A DNA stretch of 64,000 nucleotides, from assembly GCA_013334575.1 (NCBI GenBank), contig JAAXXG010000003.1, forward strand, positions 12,699 to 76,698, read 5' to 3'. A program made the position numbers and the translations under genes. This document shows, one piece after another, positions 19,167 to 28,890 of the stretch. Within the stretch, counting starts at the first letter, position 1, and every line of letters starts with the position of its first letter. The stretch comes from Candidatus Moraniibacteriota bacterium (GTDB taxonomy: Bacteria; Patescibacteriota; Minisyncoccia; Moranbacterales; UBA1568). The notes under the pieces are model-generated. The model searched no databases. It was not told the origin of the DNA and saw nothing but the letters and a program-made list of their open reading frames with translations.

Positions 19167-20246
19167 ATGCGATTCCTCGAACGGATTCTCGATGTGATCC
19201 AGTCGCATCTTATGATATGGATCGTCGCGTCGGTCGCGGCGGGACTTCTCGTCTCGTATCTCACGCCGGGGTTCGGATTTTCCGCCCTTATCTGCCTTCT
19301 GGCCGCCCTGGTCATGATCTATCCGTCGCTCGTGCCGCTCTCCTTCGACCGGTTGACGGAGATCGTCGGGCACGGCCGACCGGTCCTTTTTTCTCTCGGG
19401 CTCAACTTCATCGTCTCGCCGGCGATCGCCTACGCGATAGGGTCGGTGTTCCTGTCCGGATTTCCCGAATACCGGCTCGGGCTGACGCTTTTATCGCTTC
19501 TTCCCGGCGGCGGAATGGTGACGACCTGGGCCACGCGCTCCAAGGCCGACATGCCGGCGACCGTCGGTATCATTCTTGCGAACCTTGCCGTTGCGGTCCT
19601 CATCGTTCCGCTTTCGTTCCCGATTCTCGTCCGGGACTCCTTTTTGCCCGGCTCCGACGCGCTTCCTTCGGTATCCGAATCGTCAGCCTGTCCGCTCGGT
19701 CAGGCGACTGCCGGTGTCGTCACCTGCGGCGCAGCCGTTTCCGCAGGTATCAGTCCTTGGAAGATCGCGGTTCCCATCCTCTTCATCGTCGTCGTTCCGG
19801 CCGTACTCGCCTGGCTTACGCAGAGAGTTTTACTCCGTCGCGGCGGTATCGCCCTGCTCGATCGGGCGAAGGTCCTCTTCGGGAAGGCGGGGAACGCGGG
19901 TCTCGTTATCGTGCTGTTCGTACTCATGGGGCTTCATGCGAACCGTGAGATCCTGACCCGTCCTTCCGATATCCTGCCGGCTATCGTTCCGGTCGTCCTG
20001 TTCTACACGGCGTTGTTCCTGGTTGCCGGGTTCGCTGCCGGACGGATCGCCGACACCGCGGTTCGGAGGGCGTTCTTCTGGGGATCGTCGCTCCGGTATC
20101 TGACGCTCGCTCTCGGACTCTCCATCTCATTCGCGTTCCAGAATCCGGACATGCTCCGGATGTCGGTCGTGGTCGTCCTTTCGTATCTGGTGCAGATTCC
20201 GGCGTCGTTTCGGGTCGCGCAGCGGATGCGGCGCGCGGAATCCTGA
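19167..20246 (+). CDS. Acr3/BASS (bile acid:sodium symporter) family transporter
   Basis: About 10 TM helices; MIYPSL, LNFIVSP.IAY, LLPGGGMVTTW. Confidence 0.72.
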   Translation: MRFLERILDVIQSHLMIWIVASVAAGLLVSYLTPGFGFSALICLLAALVMIYPSLVPLSFDRLTEIVGHGRPVLFSLGLNFIVSPAIAYAIGSVFLSGFPEYRLGLTLLSLLPGGGMVTTWATRSKADMPATVGIILANLAVAVLIVPLSFPILVRDSFLPGSDALPSVSESSACPLGQATAGVVTCGAAVSAGISPWKIAVPILFIVVVPAVLAWLTQRVLLRRGGIALLDRAKVLFGKAGNAGLVIVLFVLMGLHANREILTRPSDILPAIVPVVLFYTALFLVAGFAAGRIADTAVRRAFFWGSSLRYLTLALGLSISFAFQNPDMLRMSVVVVLSYLVQIPASFRVAQRMRRAES

Positions 20247-20403
20247 ACGGCATCCCGGCGGAACGGACGGAAGGGTACGTCCGTCGCGCCGGGGAGGCGT
20301 TCCCCATCGTTCCGGCCGACGAGCCGGTACGTGGTATAATCTCACGCGTAATCAGATCGGGATCCGCGACTCGGGCACGAGGCGCGTCGTTCCGGAAAAC
20401 GAT

Positions 20404-20736
20404 ATGAGCAAGGTAGTGGTCCTGACGGACAAGACGTTCGAGGAGGAGGTTCTCAAGTCGGAGATGCCGGTCCTCGTCGATTTCTGGGCACCGTGGTGCG
20501 GGCCTTGCCGGATGATGGCTCCGGTGCTCGACGAGCTTTCCGAGTCGCTCGACGGCAAGCTGAAGGTGGCGAAGCTCGACGTGGACGATGCGGCGCACCA
20601 GGCGCTCGCGATGCAGTACCGCATCCAGAGCATCCCGGCGCTCAAGCTCTTCAAGGGCGGGCAGGTCGTGAAGGACTTCGTCGGGTTCCGCCCGAAGGAC
20701 GTGTTCGAGGTCGAGCTTGGCAAGGAGCTCCAGTAA
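20404..20736 (+). CDS. trxA: Thioredoxin
   Basis: VLVDFWAPWCGPCR, IQSIP. Confidence 0.95.
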   Translation: MSKVVVLTDKTFEEEVLKSEMPVLVDFWAPWCGPCRMMAPVLDELSESLDGKLKVAKLDVDDAAHQALAMQYRIQSIPALKLFKGGQVVKDFVGFRPKDVFEVELGKELQ

Positions 20737-20757
20737 GTCGGACGGAGATTTACGGAC

Positions 20758-21687
20758 ATGGAACGGAAAGAGGAATACCCGCTCGCCATCATCGGGGCCG
20801 GTCCGGCGGGTCTGTCGGCTTCCATCTACGCTTCCCGCTACGGAGTCGATCATATCGTGATCGGTCATCTTCCCGGCGGCCAGATCTCCGAGACGCATGA
20901 GATCGACAACTATCCCGGCGTGGACGCGGCCGGCGGGTTCGAGTTCGCCGAGTCGCTGATGGCGCACGCGCGCAAGTTCGGCGCGCCGATCGAGAGTCGG
21001 ATGGTCGTCGGTGTACGGAAGGAAGACGGCGCGTTCGTGCTCTTACTCGACGGCGGTTCGACCGTCCGCTGCCGGGCGCTTCTTTTGGCGACGGGTACGA
21101 AGCGGCGCGCGCTCGGTATCCCGCGCGAGGACGAGTTCGTCGGTCGCGGCGTGTCGTACTGCGCGACCTGCGACGGGTTCTTCTACCGCGGGAAGACGGT
21201 CGCGGTCATCGGCGGGAGCAACAGCGCCGCCGGCGCCGCCCTCTACCTGTCCGATATCGCGGCGAAGGTCTATCTCGTCTATCGCGGTGACGAGCTCCGC
21301 GCGGAGGCGCATACCGTGAACCGGCTGCGGGAGAAGGGAAACGTCTCGATCATCCTCGGAACGAACGTCGTATCCCTTTCCGGAACGGAGACGCTGACCT
21401 CGGTCACGCTCGACCGGCCCCATGACGGATCGGAGGCGCTTCCGGTCGACGGACTCTTCATTGAGATCGGATCGGACCCGAGCGCCGACTTCGCTCGCGA
21501 CCTCGGGGTCGAGACCGACGAGTCCGGATTCGTGAAGGTCTCGGCCGACATGACGACGAACGTTCCCGGAGTCTTCGCGGCCGGGGACCTGACCGACGGA
21601 TCGGCCAAGTTCCGGCAGGTGGTGACGGCCGCCGCGGAAGGGGCGATCGCCGCGCGGAGCATTCACGCGTACCTGTCACGATCCTGA
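20758..21687 (+). CDS. trxB: Thioredoxin reductase
   Basis: IIGAGPAG, GVSYCATCDG, VIGGSNSA, GVFAAGD. Confidence 0.92.
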   Translation: MERKEEYPLAIIGAGPAGLSASIYASRYGVDHIVIGHLPGGQISETHEIDNYPGVDAAGGFEFAESLMAHARKFGAPIESRMVVGVRKEDGAFVLLLDGGSTVRCRALLLATGTKRRALGIPREDEFVGRGVSYCATCDGFFYRGKTVAVIGGSNSAAGAALYLSDIAAKVYLVYRGDELRAEAHTVNRLREKGNVSIILGTNVVSLSGTETLTSVTLDRPHDGSEALPVDGLFIEIGSDPSADFARDLGVETDESGFVKVSADMTTNVPGVFAAGDLTDGSAKFRQVVTAAAEGAIAARSIHAYLSRS

Positions 21688-21771
21688 TTCCCTCGCGGTC
21701 CGAAATACGCCCCCGAACGGGGCGTTTTCGTTTTCGGGAGCCGCTTTGAGGCGGACTGACGATGGGATAGA

Positions 21772-22683
21772 ATGAGGGAAAGCATTACGGAATCATCGGA
21801 TATGAAGAGAAACGACAAGACATGGAACGGGCGATCCGATGGTCGCCGATCGCGGATCGCACTCGCGCTCTCGGGCGGCTCCGCCGTCGGTATCGCGCAT
21901 ATCGGCGCGGTCCGTGCCATCCGGGAGGCAGACATGGACATCGTGGCGGTCTCCGGGACGAGTGCCGGGTCCGTCGTCGCGGCCTGTGTCGCGTTCGGCG
22001 TTCCGGAAGAGCGGATGATCGAGGTGTCGCGACGGCTCAGCTGGTCGAACATCTCCGACTTCGGGTATTCGAAGCTGGGCTTCAATTCGAACCGTCCCGT
22101 CGGAGCGCTCGTGGAGGAACTGATCGGCGACGTCCGCATCGAGGATGCCCGGATCCCGCTTTCGGTCGTCGCGACCGACATCGACACCGGAGAGAAGATC
22201 GTCTTCCGGAAAGGGAGCCTTGCCGAGGCGATACGGGCGAGTACCTGTATCCCGGGGTTCTTCGTGCCGGTCGAGATCGGCGGACGTCGCCTGGTCGACG
22301 GCGGTATCGTCGAGAACCTGCCCATCCCGTCGTTGCCGCGCTCCAAGGCGGATCTGCGCGTCGGTATCGATCTCGGCTATTGGCGGACGATCCATCCCGC
22401 GAAGAACGTACTCGACGTCGTTACGAACTCGTATGCCATCCTCGTGCGCGGGCAGGCGGATCCGACACGGGCCGGATCCGACCGGAGTCTCGTCATCAGG
22501 CCGCATCTCGAGGGGTTCACGATCTCCGATTTCAAACGGATGGACGAGTTGATCGACGCCGGATACCGCGCGACGCGGGATCGTATCCCGTCCATGCGGC
22601 GGCGCGCCGAGGCGGCGCGGCTCAATCCGATGCGGATCATCCGTTCGGCCATCTCGTTCCTGCGGAAACGGACCGGACTATGA
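21772..22683 (+). CDS. Patatin-like phospholipase
   Basis: LALSGGSAVG.AHIG, GTSAG, DGG. Confidence 0.9.
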   Translation: MRESITESSDMKRNDKTWNGRSDGRRSRIALALSGGSAVGIAHIGAVRAIREADMDIVAVSGTSAGSVVAACVAFGVPEERMIEVSRRLSWSNISDFGYSKLGFNSNRPVGALVEELIGDVRIEDARIPLSVVATDIDTGEKIVFRKGSLAEAIRASTCIPGFFVPVEIGGRRLVDGGIVENLPIPSLPRSKADLRVGIDLGYWRTIHPAKNVLDVVTNSYAILVRGQADPTRAGSDRSLVIRPHLEGFTISDFKRMDELIDAGYRATRDRIPSMRRRAEAARLNPMRIIRSAISFLRKRTGL

Positions 22684-23645
22684 GTCCGCTTATTCCGGTT
22701 GCGGAAATCGTTGCCGGCTACGGGGTCCGGTTCGAACGGCTCCGGGAGGATATCCCGCTGTTCGGAAGTCCCGAGCGGACGGAGTATCGCGTCGCCTTCG
22801 AGGACGACGGGGGAAAGGCATTCGTGTTCGAGGAGGTGGCCGTCTCGCGCCTTGCGAAGAAGCGGGCGATCGCGCGGACCCTTGCCCGACTGTCCGAAAT
22901 GGACCCGTCGCTTCCCGTGGCGCCCTATCTCCGGAATCGCGACGGCGAGCATATCACGGAACTTTCCGGGAAGTTCTTCCAGCTCGTGCCGTATATCGAT
23001 GGCGTCTTGCTCGATCGGGAGCGCTATCTTTCCGATGACTGGCGCGGGATTGCGGCGGCCCGCTTCCTGACCGCGCTCCGGAGCACGTCGGCATCGCTCC
23101 GGTCCGATGAACTCGGTCCGATTCCCGCGCCTTTCCTCCTGCGGGACTATGTCGACGAACTGGTCGGGAAGATACGACGAAACGACCCTGATGTGCTCGA
23201 AGGGATCACGCCGGTCCTCTCGCATCTTGAGAACGATTTTTTTCCGCGGGAGGATTCGGTTCCGACGGCGTTCTGTCACGGCGACTACCATCCGGTGAAC
23301 GTCATCTGGGCAACGCGCGGTGTCGCGGGCGTCATCGACTGGGAGTTCGCCGGCGTGAAGCACGGGCTCTATGACGCGGCGAACATGGTCGGCTGCCTCG
23401 GGATGGAGGATCCGGACGCGCTCAAGGGCGGTATGGCACTCTCGTTCCTGAAGACGCTCCGGGAATCGGACGCGTTTTCAGCGGACGACTGGACTGGTTT
23501 TCCCGATCTTCTGCTCGCGACGCGATTCGCGTGGCTTTCGGAGTGGCTCCGTTTCCGCGAGGAAGGACTCGTCGCGCTCGAGACCGAATATATGAACCTG
23601 CTTCTCGAACATCGGGAGTTCCTCGTCCGGATCTGGGAACTCTAG
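22680..23645 (+). CDS. APH/homoserine kinase type II-like phosphotransferase
   Basis: CHGDYHPVNV (Brenner motif), VIDWEFA; ATGA overlap with the patatin gene. Confidence 0.85.
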   Translation: MSPLIPVAEIVAGYGVRFERLREDIPLFGSPERTEYRVAFEDDGGKAFVFEEVAVSRLAKKRAIARTLARLSEMDPSLPVAPYLRNRDGEHITELSGKFFQLVPYIDGVLLDRERYLSDDWRGIAAARFLTALRSTSASLRSDELGPIPAPFLLRDYVDELVGKIRRNDPDVLEGITPVLSHLENDFFPREDSVPTAFCHGDYHPVNVIWATRGVAGVIDWEFAGVKHGLYDAANMVGCLGMEDPDALKGGMALSFLKTLRESDAFSADDWTGFPDLLLATRFAWLSEWLRFREEGLVALETEYMNLLLEHREFLVRIWEL

Positions 23646-23708
23646 CGGGACGGTTTACATCGCCGGTCCGAAACGGTACCATGGCCCCGTACGAACGAAC
23701 CTACGCCT

Positions 23709-24065
23709 ATGCCTAAGAAAATCATGCAGAAAGTCGCCGACACGCACATCCGCGGATTCGCCCAGTTCATACGGGAGCAGGGGGTCATCGGTCTCGCGAC
23801 CGGTTTCATCCTCGGCGGCGCGGTCTCCAAGGTCGTGTCCGCGTTCGTGACCGATATCATCAATCCGATCCTGTCCATCGCGCTCGGCGCCGCGGACGAG
23901 TTCCGGCAGTCGGCGGTCTCGGTCGGGGGCGCGCAGATCCTGTGGGGAGACTTCCTCTCCGTGCTTATCGATTTCGTCATCGTGGCGGCGGTCGTGTATT
24001 TCGGATTCAAGGTCCTCGGGCTCGAGAAGCTCGACAAGAAGAAGGAGAAGGCCGAGACGAAATGA
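23709..24065 (+). CDS. mscL: Large-conductance mechanosensitive channel
   Basis: F..FI..QGVIGLATGFILGGAVSKVVSAFVTDIINP, WGDFL..LIDFVIVA. Confidence 0.9.
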   Translation: MPKKIMQKVADTHIRGFAQFIREQGVIGLATGFILGGAVSKVVSAFVTDIINPILSIALGAADEFRQSAVSVGGAQILWGDFLSVLIDFVIVAAVVYFGFKVLGLEKLDKKKEKAETK

Positions 24066-24109
24066 TGACCGGGATCGGTGGAAGGGATATATAAAAAAGA
24101 CCCTTGGGA

Positions 24110-24628
24110 TCAAGGGTCTTCATGCGGATTTTCTTGCAGGAACCTATGTGCAGCGCCGACATGTTCGACGTAGCTCGCGCCGATCGAACGCCATAGGTCA
24201 CTGCGGTTTGGGCCGCTGTAGCGCTTCCCATATCCGGCGGTCAGGGCGCCACATGCCGTAACCTGATACCCTCTCGCGATGGCATCGATAGCCGTCTCGT
24301 AGAGGCAGACGCCGGCCTCGACGCCTCCCAGAAGGAAGGAACCGATTCCGAGAGTGTCGAACGTCTCGTCGAGTGAGGTGCCGTTGAAGGCGTTCCAGTC
24401 TTTCTTCTCGATGAGATGGACGTTCTCGTATCCCGAAACGGCATCAATCAGTTTCCGGTTGGTAGTTCCTCGTCCGACAAACTCCACGATGATGACCGGA
24501 ATATGGAGGTGTCTGCATGTTCTCAGGACCGCGACCTGATGCGGGATGATTTCCCGTTTGTCAGTTGCCGATCCGTTCCGCATCTGCATGTCCATGAGGA
24601 CGAAGGCTAATCCCTTTTTCGGTTTCAT
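24110..24628 (-). CDS. Isochorismatase/cysteine hydrolase family protein
   Basis: LMDMQ, EKKDWNAF.GT.L, GGVEAGVCLYETAIDA..RGY. Confidence 0.8.
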   Translation of the reverse strand: MKPKKGLAFVLMDMQMRNGSATDKREIIPHQVAVLRTCRHLHIPVIIVEFVGRGTTNRKLIDAVSGYENVHLIEKKDWNAFNGTSLDETFDTLGIGSFLLGGVEAGVCLYETAIDAIARGYQVTACGALTAGYGKRYSGPNRSDLWRSIGASYVEHVGAAHRFLQENPHEDP

Positions 24629-24742
24629 TGGAAAAAAGTTTGTCCGGACGATGTGCCGGTTGTTGTTGAATATGGGCGTTATTAATGTAACGTCCTATTA
24701 TACATCATTTAGAAGGAAAAATCAAGTGTCTACAGAAATCGC

Positions 24743-24771
24743 TTGATAGAGGGAGGAAATGGTGATATTGT
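24743..24771 (+). promoter_or_regulatory. Putative sigma-70 promoter of the tRNA-Ser locus
   Basis: TTGATA-17 bp-TATTGT with an extended TG. Confidence 0.55.
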
Positions 24772-24811
24772 AGGCGTATTCGGCGATTTATACGATTGAG
24801 AATCGTCGAGT

Positions 24812-24943
24812 GGAGAGATGGCCGAGCGGCTGAAGTCCCTTCATACCGCTTGAGCGGAATGAAGTGCTAACGCGGCATGGGGTAACACCCATCGAGGGTT
24901 CGTCCGGCACATGCCGGACGCCCGGCGAATGTCCGGGCGAATC
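24812..24943 (+). pseudogene. Disrupted duplicate of tRNA-Ser(GCT) carrying two hairpin insertions
   Basis: Identical 5' 24 nt and near-identical variable arm and T-stem; palindromes in the anticodon arm and T-loop; no 3' acceptor strand. Confidence 0.8.
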
Positions 24944-24981
24944 TGTCGGTTATTCTGGTTCAGGGGAATTTTGAAAATAAT

Positions 24982-25068
24982 GGAGAGATGGCCGAGCGGC
25001 TGAAGGCACCACACTGCTAACGTGGCATGGGGTAACACCCATCGAGGGTTCGAATCCCTCTCTCTCCG
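24982..25068 (+). tRNA. tRNA-Ser(GCT)
   Basis: GGAGAGA/TCTCTCC acceptor; CCACA-CT-GCT-AA-CGTGG; long variable arm; GGTTCGAATCC. Confidence 0.95.
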
Positions 25069-25160
25069 CACAGCGGGACAAGCGACTCATGAAGGGTCGC
25101 TTTTCCTTTTTCTTACAGCGCTTTCGATGGTTCGAAGCCGCTATTTCCTGTCCGCTGTTC

Positions 25161-25232
25161 CTTGCTTTTCCGGCCCGGAGGGGTATGGTGGAGGTGTTGG
25201 TGTCTATAAAAAGGTACCTGACCACTTTTCTG
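25161..25232 (+). repeat. Repeat A, copy 1 (~70 bp, promoter-like, ending in the AAAAGG-TACCTGACC-NCTTTT palindrome)
   Basis: CTTGCYTTTYCGGCCCGGAGGGGTATGGTGG...AAAAAGGTACCTGACC; further copies at 27258, 28975, 30862, 31949, 35248 and 35325. Confidence 0.9.
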
Positions 25233-25322
25233 CTATGACTGGAAGGCCTCGGTTATCGTGGTGTTTTCCGCAAAGTCGTCCTGTTTGCCGAGCAGTCGTT
25301 TTTGAAAGGTGTTATAGTATGG

Positions 25323-27068
25323 ATGTCGAATGAGGAGGGGAATAACCCGACGCATATGAAAGAAAATCCGATGTCGGTTCCTAGTGACGCCGAAAGTCAG
25401 GCGAAGAATGTCCCTCTGTTCATCCGGGAATTTTCGCGCTCCGATTCGAAAGAGGAACGCGATGTCCTTGCGGCATCGATCCGCGAAAGTCGACGGAAGC
25501 GCGATGAGTGGCAGGCGGAACACGACGGGCGTTCCGTGGAGCGGGAGCGGCTCGCGGCTGAGCTGGACGGTCTTCGCAACGAGATAGCGGCGTACGAGAA
25601 CGGGGGACTCGTGACGAAGGTGAAAGATTTTCTCGCGTATCGTTCCGTGAAAGCGGAGCTGAAGGAGAAGCTGGGCGTACTCGATAAAAGCGACGATGCG
25701 ATTGCCGATGCGGAAGAGATAAAGCCTGATTTCGAGGAAACTCGGCGGCTTTTGGATGCGTTTTATACGGACGAGAAGGAGAAATGGGAGAAGGCCGGAT
25801 ATACGCCGGAGGATATCGCAAAACAGTTCACCGAGGAGCGTCTTTCCTCGTTGTCCGTCGAGGACTATGCGCTTCTGATGAGACGCTTCCCGGGCGAGAT
25901 GCTCACGCACGTGACGCGGCAGGGGATTCGCGATCATGCAGGGACTATCTGGCATACGGCTGGAGAAGGAAAATACCATAAAGGTTTCGAGTCCATGCTT
26001 GAAGATGGAAGGCTCCGTTCGAGTCTCGGAATCGCGCTCAAGGAACGTTCCAAGGAAGAAGCCGTATCGAGATTTCTTCGACTCGATAAGGTCAATTCAC
26101 GGGAGGATGCGCTTACTATGTTGGCGAAGAAATTCGAATCCAACGTGATTACGGACAACGGATTCGCCGATACCTCGGCCGTCCATTTCGCCGCGGAGAC
26201 GGTCATGGACGAGATGTACGGCTCCGAGAAAGGAAACGAGATTTTCGTGGCGTTTCCGGCGGCGTATGTCGCTTCGCAGTTGCGATTCGGCGGTCACGGG
26301 AGGTTGACCGAAGGCCATGGCGGTGTGTGGAACGACAAGTGGGTCTATACGAAGGATCATGAAGGTATGCCGCTTGATGCTGGAATAGTATTCATTCCGG
26401 AAGACGCGATGGTCAGTCCGAAAACGGGGTCCCGTTACGAGATCGGGGATGAGGGAGAGCCTTCCGTCCGGACACGTCACATCGACGAGATTCTCGATGC
26501 CCGATTCGGGAAAAACGGATTCATTCAGAAATTCGTACAGGATCTTTCACCCCGGCTTGCGAAGCTTCCGCTTCAGGAACGGCTGTCGCTCGCGCAGGGC
26601 GCGTTCAAGGAGTTCGGCATCACCGATGCGGATGCGCAAAAGGCGTTGGTGGATCTCGATGTGCTCGAAAAGTTCGCCGATGCCTGGGGAAGCGATGGGG
26701 AGCGGGACGAATACGGGAAGATCTTGGGAAAATACTACGGGAAATGCGGAGCGGATCGGTACGAGGTGGCGAAGGAGCCGATTTCTTCCAAGGAATATTG
26801 GGAGCAGTATTTCCAGCAGCATCCCGAGCGACGGCTGTCGAAGGTGGTCTACTATCGCGGAGGCGACCCCTCACACGCACTGAACCGTTGGCGGGAAGGG
26901 GCGGGAATACGGAAAGATTCGGACGATTGGAATCTTGGGTTTTCGGATCATTATGTCGGGGAAAATGCACCCGAGGCAAATGAAGGGAAAGAGCGCCTGC
27001 TGTCCCTCGCGCATAAACTCATAGACGAGCGATTTCCGGCAACGGAGATGGCTACTGAAGAAGCCTAG
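25323..27068 (+). CDS. Hypothetical protein (N-terminal coiled coil, possible ART-like central domain)
   Basis: Long uninterrupted ORF; charged heptad N-terminus; LTHVT...MLEDGRLRS...VHFA. Confidence 0.75.
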   Translation: MSNEEGNNPTHMKENPMSVPSDAESQAKNVPLFIREFSRSDSKEERDVLAASIRESRRKRDEWQAEHDGRSVERERLAAELDGLRNEIAAYENGGLVTKVKDFLAYRSVKAELKEKLGVLDKSDDAIADAEEIKPDFEETRRLLDAFYTDEKEKWEKAGYTPEDIAKQFTEERLSSLSVEDYALLMRRFPGEMLTHVTRQGIRDHAGTIWHTAGEGKYHKGFESMLEDGRLRSSLGIALKERSKEEAVSRFLRLDKVNSREDALTMLAKKFESNVITDNGFADTSAVHFAAETVMDEMYGSEKGNEIFVAFPAAYVASQLRFGGHGRLTEGHGGVWNDKWVYTKDHEGMPLDAGIVFIPEDAMVSPKTGSRYEIGDEGEPSVRTRHIDEILDARFGKNGFIQKFVQDLSPRLAKLPLQERLSLAQGAFKEFGITDADAQKALVDLDVLEKFADAWGSDGERDEYGKILGKYYGKCGADRYEVAKEPISSKEYWEQYFQQHPERRLSKVVYYRGGDPSHALNRWREGAGIRKDSDDWNLGFSDHYVGENAPEANEGKERLLSLAHKLIDERFPATEMATEEA

Positions 27069-27110
27069 CGAGCGTTTTCGGAAGTCTGGAATGGGGTGTA
27101 GGATTTCGAC

Positions 27111-27322
27111 GTGCCTTTTCTCTTTTCATGCCAAATCACTTATAAACAGAGAGAAAGGCTTTTGAGAGTCTTTCTTTTTTCGACAAAGTCGTATTTTCAC
27201 GGTTACGGAAGGGAATTTCTTCCGGTTTACGGGAGGAATTCTCTATCCTGCCCGATTCTTGCCTTTTCAGCCCGGAGGGGTATGGTGGATATGTCAGTGT
27301 CCCATAAAAAAGGAACCTGATT
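27111..27322 (+). repeat. ~210-bp extended repeat containing repeat A copy 2; paralogous to 31803-32011
   Basis: GTGCCTTTTCTCTTTTCAT.CCAAATCACTT...GGTTACGGAAGGGAATTT..TCCGGTTTACGGGAGGAAT is present at both loci. Confidence 0.88.
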
Positions 27323-27475
27323 TGCTCTGTAGAAATCATCTCTGCATCTCAGGCTTTCCGAGCTGTCATCCCGGGCTCGACCCGGGATCCAAGACATAGA
27401 TTCCGGCTCTTGCCCGGCGTATGCCCGGGTGGAGGCCGGAATGACCATCCTAGGACGGCTCTTTTCTGCAGCGCA
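27323..27475 (-). mobile_element. MITE copy (inverted, degenerate)
   Basis: TGCTCTGTAGAAA...TTTCTGCAGCGCA ends; reverse complement of 32012-32163; degenerate flanks AACCTGATT/TGTCTGATT. Confidence 0.8.
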
Positions 27476-27683
27476 TGTCTGATTCCTTTTCGTTTATGCC
27501 GTTTCCGTTTCGACGGAAACGGATTAAAATCGCACGTATTTCCAGCGCTTCATTGAGATTGTTCGAAGCGGAGTATGCGACATGGCCTGAGAATGCGTGG
27601 AGGTAGGACATGATAACTGCTAAAATGAAATCAAAGGAAAACAAGAGCATTCGGAATACGTTATAGTACCTGAAAGGCAACAT

Positions 27684-28397
27684 ATGAAAACGATCATGCA
27701 AAACCGATCCTTTTTGTCCGGAATCCGTTTCGCGGCTTTCGCGTCCGCCGTTTTGACGTTCACGCCGACGCCGTTTTCCAGTCACGCATCCGCAGCAACC
27801 ACATGCTCTCCAACGGTTACGGTCACGGATACCGGGAAAACGTCCGTCAAACTCAAGGTCGCCTGTAGCAATCTCGTCAGTACGAAAGTAAGCGTGCGGT
27901 TATTGGCTACCAATGAGGAAACCGGCAAGGATTCGAAAAAAACGGTTACGGCGAAGCTTGGAAAAAAAGGGACGGTGACCATTAAACTCTCGGGACTCGA
28001 TTCGGCCACGGGCTATTCCTTCAAGGCGAAAGTGAAAAAGAACGGAGGTGCGTACGGGGCCTATTCCGATGTGGTCGAGGCGACGACCGAAGGGGCTGAT
28101 TACGATGTATCGATCGAAAAGATTAGCAGCATTACCGAGAGCTCCGCGAAACTCCGCATCACCTGCGAAGATCTCGAAGATGAGGATGTGACGCTGATGG
28201 TCGCGTACAAGAAAAAGACGTCCTGGTCGACGAAGACGTATACGCTGACTTTGGACGGCGACGGCGAAGGGGTGGTCACGGTCGACGGACTCAAGTCGGA
28301 TACGGCATACAGTTTCAAGACGAGGATCAAGAAGGACGATGATTCGATTTATTCCCGGTATTCGGAAGAGAAGTCGGCGACGACCGACGAAGATTGA
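27684..28397 (+). CDS. Secreted protein with two fibronectin type III-like repeats
   Basis: Signal peptide; duplicated ..GL.S.T.YSFK...KK....Y..YS....ATT unit. Confidence 0.75.
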   Translation: MKTIMQNRSFLSGIRFAAFASAVLTFTPTPFSSHASAATTCSPTVTVTDTGKTSVKLKVACSNLVSTKVSVRLLATNEETGKDSKKTVTAKLGKKGTVTIKLSGLDSATGYSFKAKVKKNGGAYGAYSDVVEATTEGADYDVSIEKISSITESSAKLRITCEDLEDEDVTLMVAYKKKTSWSTKTYTLTLDGDGEGVVTVDGLKSDTAYSFKTRIKKDDDSIYSRYSEEKSATTDED

Positions 28398-28419
28398 GGT
28401 ACTCATTGAACGAACACAT

Positions 28420-28770
28420 ATGACCGCTTCGCCTAGAGGGCTCTCGTTCGCCGCCGCAGGCATCGTCATGACGGCACTCATTATCGGCGGATGGTATGTC
28501 GTATTCAGAGATACCGATACGGTGAAAACCGGCTCGGTCGGCAAGGAGCGGGTTTCGGAAACGACTTCGCAGACGACTCCCTCAGCCGCTGTTTCCTCCG
28601 GGTCGGAACCGCAGGAGAAGGAGCTTCCGGCGAAAAGTACCGGCGTGCTCGTCGGTGCGTCGGCAATCCGGGATGAGTCCGACGATTCCGCCGCCCGAAA
28701 AACACAGGAGGATGATGAGGCCGATACCGATGACGGTATCTCCGTCGATGTGGAGACCGAGGAGGAATAA
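28420..28770 (+). CDS. Hypothetical membrane-anchored acidic protein
   Basis: N-terminal TM helix, S/T/D/E-rich tail. Confidence 0.6.
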   Translation: MTASPRGLSFAAAGIVMTALIIGGWYVVFRDTDTVKTGSVGKERVSETTSQTTPSAAVSSGSEPQEKELPAKSTGVLVGASAIRDESDDSAARKTQEDDEADTDDGISVDVETEEE

Positions 28771-28890
28771 CGGATTAGAATATTTCGTGGTTCCTACCGA
28801 TGATACCGAGCCTCTTTTTCTCGGGATAAGAAGGGGTCGGTATCGTTTATGAATGGCGGGTCCGGAGAGGGTGTCAGAAGCTTTTTTCTT

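Noticed and set aside
24812-24943. Intron-containing or split functional tRNA-Ser
   Set aside because: Removing the inserts does not restore the anticodon stem, the 3' acceptor strand is missing, and an intact copy follows.
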